Shown here one piece after another: positions 1 through 13,435 of a DNA stretch of 43,176 nt (position 1 is its first letter; each line of letters begins with the position of its first letter). Made by a program: the position numbers and the translations under genes. This DNA is from Folioceros fuciformis. Lineage: Eukaryota. The stretch covers positions 34,593-77,768 of the forward strand of contig JBNGIO010006380.1 in assembly GCA_049999805.1 (NCBI GenBank), in the 5' to 3' direction. The notes under the pieces are model-generated. The model made no database searches. It was not told the origin of the DNA and worked only from the letters and a program-made list of their open reading frames with translations.

Positions 1-501
1 CAACCGGGAAAGAATGTATCTAACCGTCCGAAATGTTTACACGTACGCACAATCGAGCAAGCACATTCAACAAAAGTACAGAAAGCACATCCCACAAGGA
101 TCCGGAATGAAAATCCGTGCATCTTTTCACACGTACGCACATGCATACCTGCATAAAACGCACGGAAAGGGCCGAGCACCCCTGCGCGCTTCATGCCATC
201 ACCCTGTGCCTTCGGAGGCTCAGCACTGACAAAACGCAGACCCTGTACAGCATGTGCTAGCCGAATCCTGTGGTCTTCGATCTGGTGTCTTCCATTCTCA
301 TGGAAGGGTCTCATAATCAGGCATACCTGATCCGAACTCGTTGTGCTGCATTCTCAATTGGTGGCTTTTGACCCATCTTGACCGTCCCCTTGGTATAAAG
401 TCGAGGGATGCTCTCAACAAATCCAGAGAGAAATTCGTACAAGGCTCTATGACACTTGCACTTTTCTCTCCGAGGGCTTGGTGAGGGATAGGAATTGAAG
501 C

Positions 502-2128
502 TTAGTAAGCTTGATACAATCCCAGCAAGGATTTTTCTCGCTCCTCTGTTCTTTTACGAGCAGCTTCTCTTGCAGCCAATGCTGCTGCCTCCGCAGCAGC
601 CTCCACAGGGGACACCCGGACGGATTTGTTCTGCCGTTTCCTTTTCCCTAGCGCTACGGAGGAAGCCACTCCTCGTGCTCCCCTTGCTGAAACTTGACTG
701 GAGTCCACCACAATGCTGGAGCTCGTTGCTTTCAAGGGTGGCGCGCTTACAGTACATGCTTGCTTAGAAACCTTCTTGGAGGAAGCAGGAGGACGTACTT
801 TCTCTGCGACAATAACTGGATCTGCAGCTGCTGTTTTCCCGGGTGACCCAGCAACGGCATCACCAGAGGCCTTCAGAGCTTCCTCTTGAGTGGTCCACTT
901 ACCTGCATTGGGCACAACCCCCACAATATCGTCAGGATAATTAACTTCAGTAGCAAACATACACTCCCAACACTAAAAGGGGTAGAGGGTGCACCACCTA
1001 AAATCTCACTGTAGTAAAGCTCTGTAACTGGGTCGTAAAAATAGCCGGTGGCAGAGTTGTAATGATATCCTGTTGTCGGATCATATGTCCACTCTGAAAC
1101 AGCTCAAGAAGAACAATGAAAGCCACTTGTAAGACTTTCAGATGAAAGGAGACATAGAAGAGCTCACAAAACTGGTGCAATGCTTACCACTAGCATCAGC
1201 CTCCGGCCTCACAGGTTCTGGAGAAACGGGGGTCGATACACCTTTCTTCTCCGGCGCAGGCAGCAAGCTTTCAGATGCTGGAGGCTCCGAAGGTCTGCTG
1301 CCCGCACTCTTTATGGCTGCCAAATCTCTTTCATAGCTCTTCAACGCTTGCTGCAGCAAAACAAACAACCCGTAAATTACACACACGGAAATGAGGCAGA
1401 CGAAGAGGACCAGCATCAAACGTAACTTAGCTGCCCATCCCAGTTCGATGTTACAGGGGCACACCAATTTGCCAGCTCAGCAAGTTGCACGCTCAAGTAC
1501 TGAACCACGGAAACGAGAGTTTAGGTTAGGCAACGAGTGGAGAGTTTAAAATCCATCCCTGAACGACGGGTTCAAGTTCAGAGATGGATTAAAAACTTCA
1601 GTCGGGCTCTCCCAACCAAACTGGTCACTGCAGCGCGACTTCGGGGGGAGGGGCCACATCTACGATACCACTGGACTTCAACTAGGGTTGGGACGGCACT
1701 ATCAAAAAGCCTTCGTGATGTGCAGGCTAGGACAGAGCAGAGGTGTCTCTCCAAAGTCGGGTGACGCCGTCCACACCAATCCAAGATCAAGGCAGCAGAG
1801 GTGAGGAACAGCATCACTTACTGCTTCAATTCGAGTCAAATCCTTCAAGGCCTGCTGCTGCTCCTTTTCCTTGGCCGCGGCATCCTTGCGCATAGCGGCC
1901 ACCCGTTTGGTAACATTGTCCTTGTGCCGTTGCCCGAACTCATGAGTTCGAATGTTTGCGGGGTTGTTGGCGATGAATATCTTGCAATAGTCGCACCACT
2001 TGTTGCCCTGGCTCACCCAGTACTGCAAAAAAAGAGCCACAACAAACAAACTGTAAGCAGAGGTTCCCGGCAAGTAGAGTTGTCACCGCAATGCCCTCAT
2101 CCTGCACGAAAAAACCAACCTCCGTCAT
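502..2128 (-). CDS. ZOP1: U1-C/matrin-type C2H2 zinc finger + OCRE domain splicing factor (ZOP1-like), 5 exons
   Basis: Exons ~2128-2120 (MTE), 2022-1822 (YWVSQGNKWCDYCKIFIANNPANIRTHEFGQRHKDNV), ~1350-1188, ~1094-998 (WTYDPTTGYHYNSATGYFYDPVTELYYSEIL, aromatic OCRE repeats) and ~904-502 (ends AREAARKRTEEREKSLLGLYQAY*). GT-AG boundaries. Confidence 0.9.
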
Positions 2129-4388
2129 CTTCCTCGGATCGGGGCAAGACCCTGCACCAGACAGTCGCTGCTTCAACCGAGTACCCGCCCCATAAACCCC
2201 GAAACCCTCGACCTCCCTTCCACCTCCTTTCTCAACCTGTTGCAGCTGCTGGCTTTCGAATCACGCAGGTCAAAGCACTTGCCAAGCCCGCGGATCGACT
2301 GCGATCAGATCGTGGATGTGCATCGGCCACAGTTTCTATGAAATCTTAGCATGCTCCACCGTTCGGCGGATCCTAGCACGGTACTTTCAAGCCCTAATTA
2401 TGTGATAGGTAGGAATATATCGTCTCAAGTTTTCAAGTGCCTCAAAAGGTCTTAGTTCACTCTAAAGACACTATGAGTCGTCTTAATTCCTAGAGGGCAA
2501 ATAATATTTGTTGATTGTTTATTTTAGGATATTTTATGGAATATCGGACAACCAGCAGTTCTTTTCTCAACCGAATGTTGTACGCTAATATTCCTTGGCT
2601 TCTTAGGACCCTACGCGTCTTCTTTTAGGGTCTTACGTCATCTCGTATACTTTCGTACTCTGCGGTTTGTTTTCTTGTGGACTGTTAAGAACAAACACCA
2701 TTCTTTTGTGGACCGGTCACAAACACACTAGTTTCTTTCTTCCTGATCTATAATGTTAAATTTTATTTTATTTCCGCAAACACAAATGGCTGAGACAAAG
2801 TGCTACATGCAAAGCCCTAGTACAACAACGTTAATTCCTCCACAATCATCATTCCCTTTGAAAGCAAATCACTACCCCTTGTTTTCGAGTTCAAACCTTC
2901 TAATTACAGCGTGGTCTAGTCAATGCCATATTATATGTGAGGGAATGGAAACATCACCTGCAACCCACCTTGCTACATGTGAATGCCCTAACTTGCAGTC
3001 ATCTCTACTTTGCAAGTATCCTCACCTCGTCATAGATTCCACTATTGGCTTGGCTACCCCTCTCCATCCTTGTCTCTTGTGCATCGCCATGCCTTTTAAT
3101 TTGTATGATGTTGAACATTGTACAACATCCCACATCTCCTTATGCAAATATTGTCAACCTTCATCTCCGTGGAGGTACACGATGGCCCTAAAGAAAAGGT
3201 GTGATGTAGGCACCACCTATATAGACAAATCACGCTTCGGAGACTCCCCGTCAGCACAGGCTATGCATAACATTCCAATGGAAAAATGCTTCTCCTCCTT
3301 CTAGTATGATTGCAAGCAAACCACCTTTGCATATGATTGCCGTAACTATAGGGTTTCTAGTTCTTGGGAAACATCCCTTCCACACGTGCAACCCCACCTC
3401 TCTAATGCCACCAACGCAATCCCCTTATGATTATCGCATGCTCTCCACCTTTGAGTGTGGGAGCAAGGGGAGGGGATGGAGCTCGCAAGGCACCCATCTC
3501 TGTGCAAGCGAACAAAGGCAGCAAAAGAGAAGAGGGTGGGGATAGCGAGTTCAGGAGCCCTGTGCACCAGAAAAACTTAGACAGTGATTGCGTAGGATTA
3601 GGTAGTGAAGACGAGACCATTAAGTGTGATGATGCCCTGAAGCAACAGAAGTGTGTGATGGGGAGCAAGAGGCTAGAGGCGGCATTGGTAGCCTCACGGT
3701 CACTATGATCGTATGGCTGTGGAGAACGTCCTTAGAGGTCTAGGCACAAGGGATGTTAATCTTGGGGTTGTCCACGGCGAGGCTCAAGGGGAAGGCACAC
3801 CAAGCAAACCTCTTGGAGTGGGAGTTTTGGAGGACGAAGCAACTGAGGGAGAACAGGATGGCTTCCCCCATGAAGGAACATGAGCAAGTCGTAAGGATTG
3901 AATAGGAGAGGGCGAGGCAACGCCCAAAATATTTGTCTCGCTAGCAGCTGGCAAGTGGGATTAGAACTAGGGAGAGCGGCTCGGAAAGTAGTATATGAAG
4001 GGAAGGGGGAGTTTGTGAGATGGAGGTAGTTGGATGTTTAATGCAAACAATACATCAATTAGAGGCTAAGGAGGTGCAGCTAAGAGGGAGAGGAGCGAAC
4101 CAACTTACCTCAAGAGCTGGAGGCTATGGAAGTAAGCATTTGCCTAACTGTGGGTAAGGGCGTAGGATTTAGGAAAGTACCGACAAAGAGTTGTGATGTG
4201 AACGAGAGCTCCTTCTATGGCTTAAATGTTGGAAGCACCTTGGAAACCCATGACTTAGAATTGTAAAAATATATATTAGAGACGGAGAAAAACCTAGAAC
4301 AAATGAGACAATGTGTTGGAAAGAAAAAATGTCTAGTTAGTGATGCCTAGGTCGGGATGCCTCGATGGCTGTGACCACATCGAGATGC

Positions 4389-4581
4389 TAAGGAAGTACA
4401 CGGTAGGTACGACTGTTTTTCTCTTATTGCAGACTTCTTACATATTACATTTAGGCTCCTGTGGTCATATGTGTGGGGGTGCAAGCGATCAATAAGGAGG
4501 TGCAATGGTTCAGGGATGGTGATGGGATGTGACTGTTCATGAGTGGTGTGAACTACTCAGGTCTCAGTTGGGTCTTCAACA
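4389..4581 (-). repeat. 3' LTR of copia element
   Basis: Aligns without gaps to 9187-9379 (about 20 mismatches in 193 nt by manual count). Preceded on the minus strand by the purine tract GAGCGGGAG. Confidence 0.95.
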
Positions 4582-4590
4582 CTCCCGCTC
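4582..4590 (-). other. Polypurine tract (PPT)
   Basis: Minus-strand GAGCGGGAG directly abuts the TGTTG start of the 3' LTR. Confidence 0.8.
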
Positions 4591-6499
4591 AGTTCCAACC
4601 ATCTCATGAATGGTCCTTGCTTGTTGTGTCCACTAGTCCTAGGGATGTTATAAGTGACTCATGACGAATCCTACGTAAGGACTTTGTGAGCAAGTCTGCA
4701 AGGTTGGACTTTGTGGGGAGGTCGACCATTTTTACGATGCTCTCAGCTACCAACTGCCTGATGAAGTGGTAGGCTACTTCTATGTGCTTGGTTCTGGCAT
4801 GGAACCTGTCACCCTCTGTCAAGTGTATTGCTGTTGTATTGTCATAGCGTAGAATGGTGGGGTCGGACTACTCATGCCTGAGATCCTTCAAGATTTGTTT
4901 GCAATGAATGACCTCTCGACCTGCCTTTGACAATGCTTCATACTCAATCTTTGCACTGGACAATGAGATAGTAGCAAGCTTCTTGCTTGACCATGAGACT
5001 GCTTAGCCACCGAGGGTGAAAACATAAGCTGCAACGCTTCGTCGGGCATCAAGGTCAGACGCCCAGTCCGCATCTGCCCAGCCCTCAAAGTTGAGCTTGC
5101 CATCGGTGGATCTCTTGCAAGTGATTCCAGAGTGAGTAGTGCCCTTCAGGTACTGGTAGATTCTCTTTACGCACATACAGTGTGCCCTGCCAGCGTTAGG
5201 CATAAATTGTGCAACAACGGAGGCAGCATAGGAGATGTCCAACCGTGAAGGTAGATGAGGCTACCAACGGCACTCAAGTATGGCACCTTGGCCATGTCCT
5301 CGTTTTCAACTTCGGTAGTAGGGCAGTCATCAGCTCTGAGCTTCACTCCAGTGGGAAGCGGAGTTAGGGCAAGACGAGCATCTGCTAGCTTGAAATTGTC
5401 CAGAATTTTGAGCACATACTTAGACTAAAGGAGAGTCAAGGTGCATTCTTGTCTATTCCGTCGAATTTGCACGCCGAAGCACAATTTTAGGGGTCGAAGA
5501 TCTCTCATTTTGAACTTAGCAGCAAGCATCTCCTTGACATCAACAAGCAGCTTTCCTGAGTCATTGGTAAACATAATGCAATCATCAACATACAGGGCCA
5601 GTGCCAAGAATGTCTCCCCTTCGCAGCAAGTATAAGTTCTGGTCCACTAGGGTCTTGACAAAGCCAAATTGAATGAGGTGGCCATCAATCAGCACATAAA
5701 ATTTAGTTGGTGATTACTTAAGCCCGTATAAGCCCTTGATTAGCTTGCAAACCTAGGTAGGCCTCTTGGGATCCACATACATTTGTGGCTACTCCATGTA
5801 ACTTTCCTTCTTTAGTGTGGGATAAAGAAAGGCTGTTGAAATGTTGAGTTGATGCACGTCAAGGTCGTACTCAGTTGCAATTGCCAGGAGGAGCCTAACT
5901 GAATGGGTAGTCACCATAGGTGCATAGATGTTATCTCCACAGTCAAGGCCAAGCCTTTGGCTGTAGCCCTTGACCATGAGTCTTGCTTTAAGTCTTTCTG
6001 TGGTTCCGTCGAACTTCAACTTACGTTTGAATGTCCACTTGCATTTAATTACCTTGCGACCGAGAGGAAGTGGGGTGAGCACCCATGTCTTCAACTGAAT
6101 GAGAGAGTCATATTCTTGCTGAACTGCCTTCATCCATCCTTCCTTGTCGGGTGATGCGAGTGCTTCTTCAAGAGTTGCGAGTTTCAGAACGTGAGTTGTA
6201 GTAAGGATCGCCCTTGCCATGAGGTTGGCAGGAGTAGTGTCGGTCTCAGTATCCGTCTCTATAGGCAGATTTTCCATTTCAGGAGCAATTGGAGCCGTAT
6301 CCACAGGAGTAGGTTGTGGTGGAGCAGGACCGGGTACGTGGTAATTGTCAAGGTAGGAAGGGCGACGGCGAGCCCTCGTTGATTGGTGCCTCTCAGGTAT
6401 GGTGGCTAGTGGATTTACGCTAGTAGGAGCAGGGTCGATTACTCTGGGTGGAACAGCAGCTTGGGGAGTTGGTGCTTGGCCTGCATCGACAGCTAGAGG

Positions 6500-6710
6500 G
6501 AGCAATGGGCCAATTTGAGCAGTAGGTTGGTGCACTGGTGGCTGCACAGCCTGAGGAATTGAGGCAGCTTGGTGCACCGGCGGAGGTTGAATTTCGGAGA
6601 GCTCAATTATTTGAGCAGCAGGTTGATGTACTAGTGGCAACACAGCCTAAGGAACTTGGGCAGCTTGGTGCACCGGCGGAGGCTGAATTCTGGAGAGCTC
6701 AATTTCAACC
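6500..6710 (-). repeat. Degenerate tandem repeats in the INT-RT linker of pol
   Basis: IELSRIQPPPVHQAAQVP, LPLVHQPAAQI, IELSEIQPPPVHQAASIP, QPPVHQPTAQI. Confidence 0.75.
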
Positions 6711-9174
6711 ATATTCTCCTCCTCATTACGAGCGGGGTTGTTGAGGTCAGGATAGGAGCCAATTAGGCTCCCGCTGTTTTCTGGGGCATCAAGGTGCTCG
6801 CGAACATAGACGCTCCGAGATTTTGTGATTTGGTGTGAGGTTGCGTGAACAAGCTTATATCCTTTCACACCATCAGCTCTAAGACCCTCCATGGGAATCC
6901 ATGAATAAGCATTAGCCCCAAAGATCCGAAGAGGGAGAGAGAGGACCTGTGGCCAGTCCAAGCCTCAAACGGGGTGTGTGTTGGGAGAGCAAAGGTAGGT
7001 AGTGGGTTTAACAAGTGTGTTGCAGTAGAGACGGTCTCAGTCCAGTAACCGTGTGACATAGAAGCATGTGAGAGCATGGCCCTCGCCATCTTCTGAAGCC
7101 TTTGGTTGCAATTTTCGGCCACACCATTTTGCGCATGGGCATAAGGGACGGTGACTTGTCGAGTGATGCCTCGTTTTGTAAGCTAGGAGTTAAATTCCCC
7201 GGAGAGGAATTCGCCTCCTCCATCCAAGCGAACACTCTTGAGCTTGTGGTCGGTCTGAAGTTCAGCCATAGCATGGAACTCCTTGAACTTAGTAAAGGCT
7301 TCACTCTTCAGCCGAAGAAAGTAGGTATGGATCATACGAGACTTGTCATTGATGACAGGCATAAAGTAGGAGGCTCCTCCAAATGAATGTGTGGACATGG
7401 GCCTGCAGAGATCAATGTGCACCAGCTCAAGTCACTTGGTGGCACAAGAAGAGGAAGCACGTGGGTATGACGCTTCCTTACTTTTTCCTAGCAGATAGCC
7501 TTTCACAGAATAGAGAGTCACTAAACTTCGGAAGGGGTTCAGCACAAAGTTCGCTGGCTTTCATTTCCTTCATACACCTCAAGCTGGGGTGACCTAAACG
7601 TAGGTGCCAAAGCTTGGTTATCTCTACCTTTGTCGAGGTTTGGGCTAGATGAGTTGTTCCTAGAAGAGAGGAGGCTGCTAAGAGGTAGAGCCTGTCTTCC
7701 TTTAATCCGTGGCATGTAACATCAACGGGGTTATCATGGGGACAAATCTCGTATTTCTAAGCTTTGAAGTGAACCTCGTATTGCTTGTCATCCGTTAGAG
7801 TGCTCACAGACACCAAGTTCTTGCTGACCTTGGGCACATGGAGCACGTCTGAAAGTAATATTGTGCCTCTAGTGCTGCACTGTAGGGTAACTATGCCAAT
7901 GCCAATAACTTTTGCAAACTTTTTGTCAGCCACATAAATTGATCCTCCTCCATGGGTACGATAGGTGCTGAAACAATTACGGCCTTTACACACATGAGGT
8001 GATGCACCGCTGTCCAAGTACCAGGAGGAGCAGCTTCTAGTGGTGATGGTCAGCGTGGTTATCATAATTGTTGGAGGGTTTTGCTGTGTAAGTTGAGCAC
8101 TTGGGGAACCTAGTTTCCTTGGTTCACCGGCTTGCTTGCTGCGGCACTCCCATTCATAGTGCCCTAGCTTCCTACACCAGTTGCAGTTCCCCTTATGACG
8201 GGGGTTAGCAGGGCTTGATCCTAGGGAAGAGCCTTCCCCTCCCCTCCTGCTTTGCCTATTCCTGTTTCGCGTTTGTCTCCTTCTGTTAGAACATGAGGTG
8301 AAGAGGGCTTGTGCTCTTGGATGGACTCTTGGATGGTTGCACTCTTGGATGGACCCCTAACAGAGTCCTCCTCAATAATTTTAGTGATGACCTCCGAGAG
8401 AGTCATGAGTTCTCCTAGCTTCAACTTCTTCGCATGTGCAGACTGCTTCATGAGGCCGTTCTGGGTTCCAACAAATGTCCTCGAGCTTGGCGGCAGGGTC
8501 ATCAAGAGGGTTATGGCTGCCTGATCCTCTGTTAGGGTAGTTTCGCAGGAGGCCAATCTTGCTCTTAATGTGCGGAAAGTGCTGAGGTGTGCTTGGATGC
8601 TTTCCCCATCCTTATATCTAAGGTTGTGGAAATTCCGTGTTGTAGTGGCAGAGTGTTGGGCGTCAGTGGCTTCGAACATCTGAGTAAACCGTTCCCAGAT
8701 AGTTTGCACCACCAGTAGCGACGCCTGCACCGCCGACAATGACTCCGTTGGCTCCTCCGAATGAGGACATGGTTAGGGTTTTTTTTTCTTCACGGGGCTT
8801 CAACGCTGATGGGAGCGATGGCTTGGACCAAGATTGGATGGGGCCTCACACACTTGGAGGAGGTCTCTCACGTCTCTCAAGATGATGCCGAGGAGGGTAC
8901 GCAGTAGGCGAGTCTTGGGATGCACCTTATTTTTGAGTTGGTAGAGCTTCCTCAGCATGCGGTTGTCAAAGATAGGAAATTTGCTCTGTCTTGGATTTGT
9001 GGCTACTTGTTCGATTCTTTTCACGGGTTTGCATTTGCACCTTAGAACACCGTGAGGGGAATAGGTTAATTGGGGAGTCCGGTGTTCCTCATGAGTCGAT
9101 CTTGCCCACGACCGGGCTCCCCTGCCACGAGCCATGAGATGACAATCCTTTTCAATGGCATGTCTAATGCTCAT

Positions 9175-9186
9175 GCTCTGATACCA
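9175..9186 (-). other. Primer binding site (tRNA-iMet)
   Basis: Minus-strand TGGTATCAGAGC immediately inside the 5' LTR. Confidence 0.93.
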
Positions 9187-9379
9187 TTAGGAAGTACACA
9201 GTAGGTACGACTGTTTTTCTCCTATTGCAGATTTCTTACATATTACATTTAGGCTCTTGTGGTCATATGTGTGTGGGTGACGGCGATCAGTGAGGTGGTG
9301 CGACGGTTCAGGGATGGTGATGGGATGTGACTGTTCATGAGTGGTATGAACTGTTCACGTGTTAGTTGGGTCTTCAACA
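9187..9379 (-). repeat. 5' LTR of copia element
   Basis: Copy of 4389-4581. Begins TGTTGAAGAC on the minus strand and is flanked by TSD GATGC. Confidence 0.95.
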
Positions 9380-11216
9380 GATGCCCTGGATGGCCGCACA
9401 CTACGGATGTAGACATGTTTGTAAAGGTGAGGAATATGGATTGCAGGTGGAAAACTAATTGGGCTTTAGGGTTCCACATCATATTACGTATTGTTCTACG
9501 ATTGGGACTTTTCTTTCTTTTTGTCATTGCTACCCTAGTGAAGAAATCAGGAATAATGAACATTTTTTTTTATGGTCTATAACTTTCTTTCTTCTCCATG
9601 CATAAGCTAGTTTATGTTATTTTTCCCCCACATAATGCAGGAAACTCTCGGACCTTGGTTTGCAGTTGTAGATAGTCTCTTTAAACTATGTTGACCCTGT
9701 AGATTGCCTTGTAGAGTGGGTAGAACTTGCAAATTGTCCTTACACTATGGGTTATAGATTGTCCCAGTACTCTATGGTGTAGATGCTTCATGTAGAGTGC
9801 CTTGCGAATGGTCTATGCACACTATGTTCCATAGTGTCCCTGTAGATTTTCGTGCAAATTGCCAACCATTGTAGGTGTCACGCTCTTACACAGCCTAGGG
9901 TGAGCAACCGTAGGTAGGAATTGGGGGGTTTGATCTTAACTATGGGTGTCGTGTAGTTGGGCTTGCATATGGCCTTCAGGGTAGTAAGAGTAGGGCATAG
10001 TTGCTGATCCTAATTGTTGATTTTCTTGTAAATGGTCGGTCTAGATTACTTCACAGATGGCCTTGCACCTTTAGGTTGTAGAGAACAAATGCAACCTATA
10101 CTTGAGGATTACATACGTAGGTTGCCTTGTTGTTTGCATTGCAGATTTCATGTTGCCCTACAATTTGTGGGTGCGGATTGCCTTGGTACAGGCATACAAT
10201 TGCATATTGCCTTGCAGGTTGCATATTTCAATCGTAGTCGTTGAAAATGCGTTACACACCCTTGCGTGTGTTGTCCAAGCCTTACATGTTGCTTGTGACA
10301 ATGCATATGCAAAGGGCTTGGAGGGTATGAACTTCCTCCACGACATGCATTGGCTTCATCTGGCTTTAATGACATTGTGTAGAGAGTGCAAGAGCAAGAT
10401 GGAGGCCTTGAAGGTGTACCTGCAGCCATGGATAGAGGAGGAGGCCACTCCATTGGCATGGAGCGGTATTTGCCTTCTCTGGTCTTTGCAGTAGTGTGGA
10501 GTCTTCCCATAAAGGCCTATAGTGTCTATGACTCTATCCCTAAATTGTTGTTAGGGTTTAGGGTCATTTACCTTCACATGCTTGGAATAAAGATTGTATG
10601 GTTCCATTCTCTCTGCATTTGTAACACGGCCATTGCCTCTAGGGAGATGGACTCGGCAGACCATTGCCTAGAGGGAAATGGACTTGGTCCTCTAGATGGA
10701 GGTGACAACGAAAATGGGGACTTGGTTCGCATCCTATGCCCTTGATCCCTAAAAACCATCATGAGATTGTTTGAGGAACCCTAAACCCTAAACCCGTGTG
10801 TAAAAAGGAAAAGAAAAGAAAAGCTTTCTCTCAAGTGATGTGGGCAGATTGGGATGCCTGACAACCGCATCCAATACGGTCATGTCCATTACTAAAAATT
10901 ACAAACATAGCATGCAATAAGAGGTGTCCGAATCGCTATTCCATAGCTTAAAAACAGGCTTATTTGAAAAATACCCCTTTCCTTCTCAGGTTTGGAGGCC
11001 AAGTTTTTTAAGAAAAAGGACTTTCCCGACGTCTTACCAACATAAGGTTAGCTCTCAAGACGATTTTTTGCAAAGGGATTAATTTTTTAAGAAGGTCTGC
11101 TTACTCAAAACCTAGATGAAGCCTGCTCATGCTTGAGCATCCATGGAATCGATGCGTTGCATTGGAGACGACAGTCTCGACTGTTTTCAAGCGAAGTGTT
11201 GTGCCGGATCTAGGAC

Positions 11217-12772
11217 ATGCGAGCTGTTTCTTCCTTCAAGGCTTGTGGTTTGTTGGTGCTGTCGGGGCCCTGGGCCGGGCTACGTACAGAGAGGGTGAGT
11301 ACTCGGGTGCATTGCATGAGGTGGAGTATGTCTGCCTCAGCTGGCATCTCGGCTGGCCAGCAGGTTGAGGAGCAGAATGGCTGGTTGAGGGACGGCGGTC
11401 TCGGCGCTGCCGTATTGGTTGCATCGGGAGATGAGAAGGGAAGGTCGGAGAGGAGGGGCCAGGTGGGCGCAGTGTTCTTTGACATGGACGATACTTTGGT
11501 TCTGACGCACGAAGCAGATGCGGCCGCACACAGGGCTGTGCAGGCTGTGGTGGCGGAGCGGGTGCCGGAGTTGGACACCGCGGCTCTGGTTCGTGTGTTT
11601 GTGGGGGAATTCGACAGGGAAGCATGGGATCCGGAGCATCGGGTTAGTTTGGCCTGGGGAAGTTTTTTTGTTTGTGTCTGGTGTTTTAGCGTAATGTTGT
11701 TGTATCATGCGTCACCGGGAGCAGGTGGATGTGACAGAGTGGAGGGCTCGGATATGGGGTAAGGCTTTGGCTGCCCAGGGATGCCACAGCATGGAGTTTG
11801 CAAGGGTGAGCAGAATTAGGACGGTGTCGCTTTCTCCTTGCTATCCAGATTCTGTGATGGGGTCCTGACTGAGGGTTGTGTTTTTTTGGTTCTATCAGGA
11901 GCTCCAAGACTGCTTCGACACTGAGCGAATGCTAGCCTTTCGATGGGCTGCTGGCGTGGAATCGGTATGTCCAAGGCCCTCGAGAGAATTGTGAGACGTG
12001 AAGCAAGGAGACAGGTGGTGAAATATTTGTTTTCCTCGGTGTTTTGCAGATGATGAACGCATTGCTGGGTAGTGGGATCAAGGTGGGCATAATCACAAAC
12101 GGGCACTTCAAGGTTTGTCAGAACTTCCTTCTTTACGAGAGTGGCAGCAAAGCAACGCCGTGAGAAGATTGATGAAGCTAATGCATGCTGACGGGAAGGT
12201 TGTGCGTCATGGCAGGTGCAAAGACGGAAGCTGGAGGCATGCAGGGCCTCACAATTCTTCACCACCATCCTTGTCGGAGGAGGTAGATGCCTTGGCTTTC
12301 CCTCGCTGCTGTTTTGGAAATCCCTTCTGCTAACGAGCAAGCTAGTGAGTCACAATCCGGTGATGCTCTCCGCTGTGCAGAAGAGCCCCACGAAAAGCCA
12401 CACACAGACATCTTCCTAAAGGCCTGCGACATGGCAGGGTGCCGGCCTGAAGAAGCCGTGATGGTGGGCGACAACCTTAAGACCGACATCCTGGTGAGCC
12501 CGCAGCCTAGTCTTGTCAGAGCAAACAAGGTCGGTTACCCATAGCCATGGAAGCACTCGTGGCTCAGGCAATGTAAATAACACCCGGTAGCTGGCGTGAA
12601 ACAGGGTGGGATCAACGCCGGGTTCCTGGCCACTGTGTGGGTGAACGTGCGAAAGCTGGCAGCGATTCCTGCAGGGGCCCCGGAGCCCAGATACGTCATC
12701 TCCACCATTGGGGAGCTGCCACACGTCCTGCGCGATCTGGGCCTGCATCTGGACCTGCCCTCCTTCTCCTAG
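11217..12772 (+). CDS. HAD-family phosphatase, N-acylneuraminate-9-phosphatase (NANP/HDHD4)-like, 7 exons, N-terminal extension
   Basis: Motif I AVFFDMDDTL, motif II IITNG, motif III EKP, motif IV MVGDNLKTDILGGINAG. Exons ~11217-11642, 11725-11805, 11899-11964, 12050-12112, 12216-12282, 12381-12493, 12605-12772, with GT-AG introns. Confidence 0.85.
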
Positions 12773-13435
12773 GAAAAAATCCCCAGCTATCCATGATCAT
12801 GTACTGCCCCGGACCAGGTCTGGGTTGTCTGTACATTCACCCTGCACACAAAACAACATGATGAGTCAGTAGAGCACTGGACGAAGGGGAAGGACACTCT
12901 CACACGGTTGGCGTCGTCCGCAAGCATCCAAGCCATGAACCGCACACCTGATCACGATTCACACTTTTGCACATGGCAGGTCGGTAGGGCCGTACGGACG
13001 CGTGGCATCCGCTCATCCCCGGATCCTCCTCCCTGGGGCTGCCCAAAAGGGCAACAAATCTGAAGCCGAGGAATGAGCATTGCATTGTCCATAATGGTCG
13101 CCCTCGCATGCGGTTGCTGCTGCCACTCGGACATAGAAGGTCGCAGGAACGCTTAACGGCCCGTTCCGGACATGCCGCCCCTCGTTCGGATTTGAAGCAG
13201 TTCCCAGCATGGATCCGGATTTGCCGAGACGTTGTGAATTTTGAATCCGGCTGAGCCCAGAGGCATACGACGAGGCAGGCGGGGATACGCTCCAGGAGAT
13301 AAGACCCACTGCTGTAGGGAGCCCCCTGGTGGGCANNNNNNNNNNNNNNNNNNNNNNNNNNNNNNNNNNNNNNNNNNNNNNNNNNNNNNNNNNNNNNNNN
13401 NNNNNNNNNNNNNNNNNNNNNNNNNNNNNNNNNNN

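Larger units (their letters stand above)
4389..9379 (-). mobile_element. Full-length, decayed Ty1/copia LTR retrotransposon
   Basis: Paired 193-bp LTRs, 5-bp TSD GATGC (4384-4388 and 9380-9384), PBS and PPT. Minus-strand fragments in copia order: gag with CNWCRKLGHYEWEC knuckle (~8145-8190), protease WYLDSGASPH, integrase (HIDLCRPM; GGEF; AENCNQRL), RT (KARLMVKGYSQ; YVDD), RNase H (GWADADWASD; RTKHIEVAYHFIR). Many stops and frameshifts. Confidence 0.96.

Noticed and set aside
10778-10795. CCCTAAA x2 (and TTAGGG-like at ~10551-10564)
   Set aside because: Too short for an interstitial telomere. At most a telo-box, and common by chance in plant repeats.
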